DNA of 51,406 nucleotides from a virus, in IMG/VR virus record IMGVR_UViG_3300027606_000001, positions 1-51,406 of that record, one strand, 5' to 3'. Position numbers and translations under genes: made by a program. A model generated the notes under the pieces. That model was given only the letters and a program-made list of their open reading frames with translations, ran no database searches and was not told the origin of the DNA. How positions within the stretch are numbered: the first letter of the stretch is position 1; each line of letters starts with the position of its first letter. Of this stretch, positions 51,352 through 51,406 are shown piece by piece.

Positions 51352-51406
51352 CGAATGGTGGAGGCCGAGGTCGGAATCGAACCGGCGTAGACGGATTTGC
51401 AATCCG
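51349..51406. repeat. att core copy (direct repeat of 1-58)
   Basis: Identical to 1-58; the window ends inside the tRNA. Confidence 0.95.
51359..51406 (-). tRNA. tRNA-Cys (GCA), 3' portion; the 5' part lies beyond the window end
   Basis: Anticodon loop TTGCAAA, T-loop TTCGATT, acceptor strand plus discriminator T, then CCA; presumed to be the intact copy because the left copy is demonstrably truncated. Confidence 0.75.

Larger units (their letters stand above)
1..51406. mobile_element. Complete lambdoid siphovirus-type prophage integrated in tRNA-Cys, bounded by 58-bp direct repeats
   Basis: Identical 58-bp repeats at both window ends; integrase and excisionase candidate at the right end; full head, tail, lysis, replication, immunity and recombination modules in between. 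Confidence 0.9.

Noticed and set aside
1-51406. Search for CRISPR arrays, IS elements or transposases, rRNA, retron or DGR reverse transcriptases
   Set aside because: No spaced direct-repeat arrays, transposase-like ORFs, terminal inverted repeats of IS type, or RT motifs were seen on either strand.

Overview
The whole window is one complete lambdoid, siphovirus-type prophage of about 51.3 kb. It is integrated into the 3' end of a tRNA-Cys gene and bounded by identical 58-bp direct repeats (1-58 and 51349-51406). The GC-rich codon style and my recall of the protein families suggest a Pseudomonas-type host, but I cannot verify that here.

Layout:
- Left end: a LexA-box-controlled cargo, with an SRAP/YedK-like peptidase divergent from two small genes.
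- Minus strand, about 28.9 kb down to 1.5 kb: the late operon. In order it carries a putative late regulator, a promoter/terminator pair, three holin-like membrane proteins, terS, terL, portal, Mu-F-like protein, scaffold, capsid, connectors, tail terminator, major tail protein, G/GT chaperones with a GGGAAAG -1 frameshift, a 3.7-kb mosaic accessory island, tape measure, tail tip proteins, J-like protein, tail fibre, fibre chaperone, endolysin and Rz with embedded Rz1.
- Minus strand, 33.5 to 29.1 kb: the early-right operon. It carries cro, two small RHH-like genes, a KilAC antirepressor, O-like and P-like replication genes, NinB and NinG.
- Immunity region: an OR-like operator set, cI (HTH plus S24 peptidase), two cargo genes, tandem terminators, then an OL/PL-like operator-promoter.
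- Plus strand, 36.2-51.3 kb: the early-left operon. It carries long ORF-poor leaders, a DUF1993-like cassette flanked by direct repeats, small genes, an ERF/exonuclease/SSB recombination module, a methyltransferase-like gene, DUF1643-like and DUF2591-like genes, a DUF4224-type excisionase candidate and a tyrosine integrase.

The most interesting candidate for an undescribed system is the translationally coupled pair at 34519-36095, a HipA/PI3K-like kinase plus a DUF3037-like protein. It sits exactly where lambda carries rexAB: downstream of cI and between two operator sets that share a 16-mer.

Other unexplained structure:
- A 35-bp palindromic element present four times.
- Two GC-rich stretches of 0.55-0.8 kb with no convincing ORF, just downstream of the PL-like promoter.
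- A sar-like antisense promoter and terminator opposite the antirepressor start.
- Iteron-like repeats inside the O-like gene.

All family names come from my reading of the translations, not from searches.
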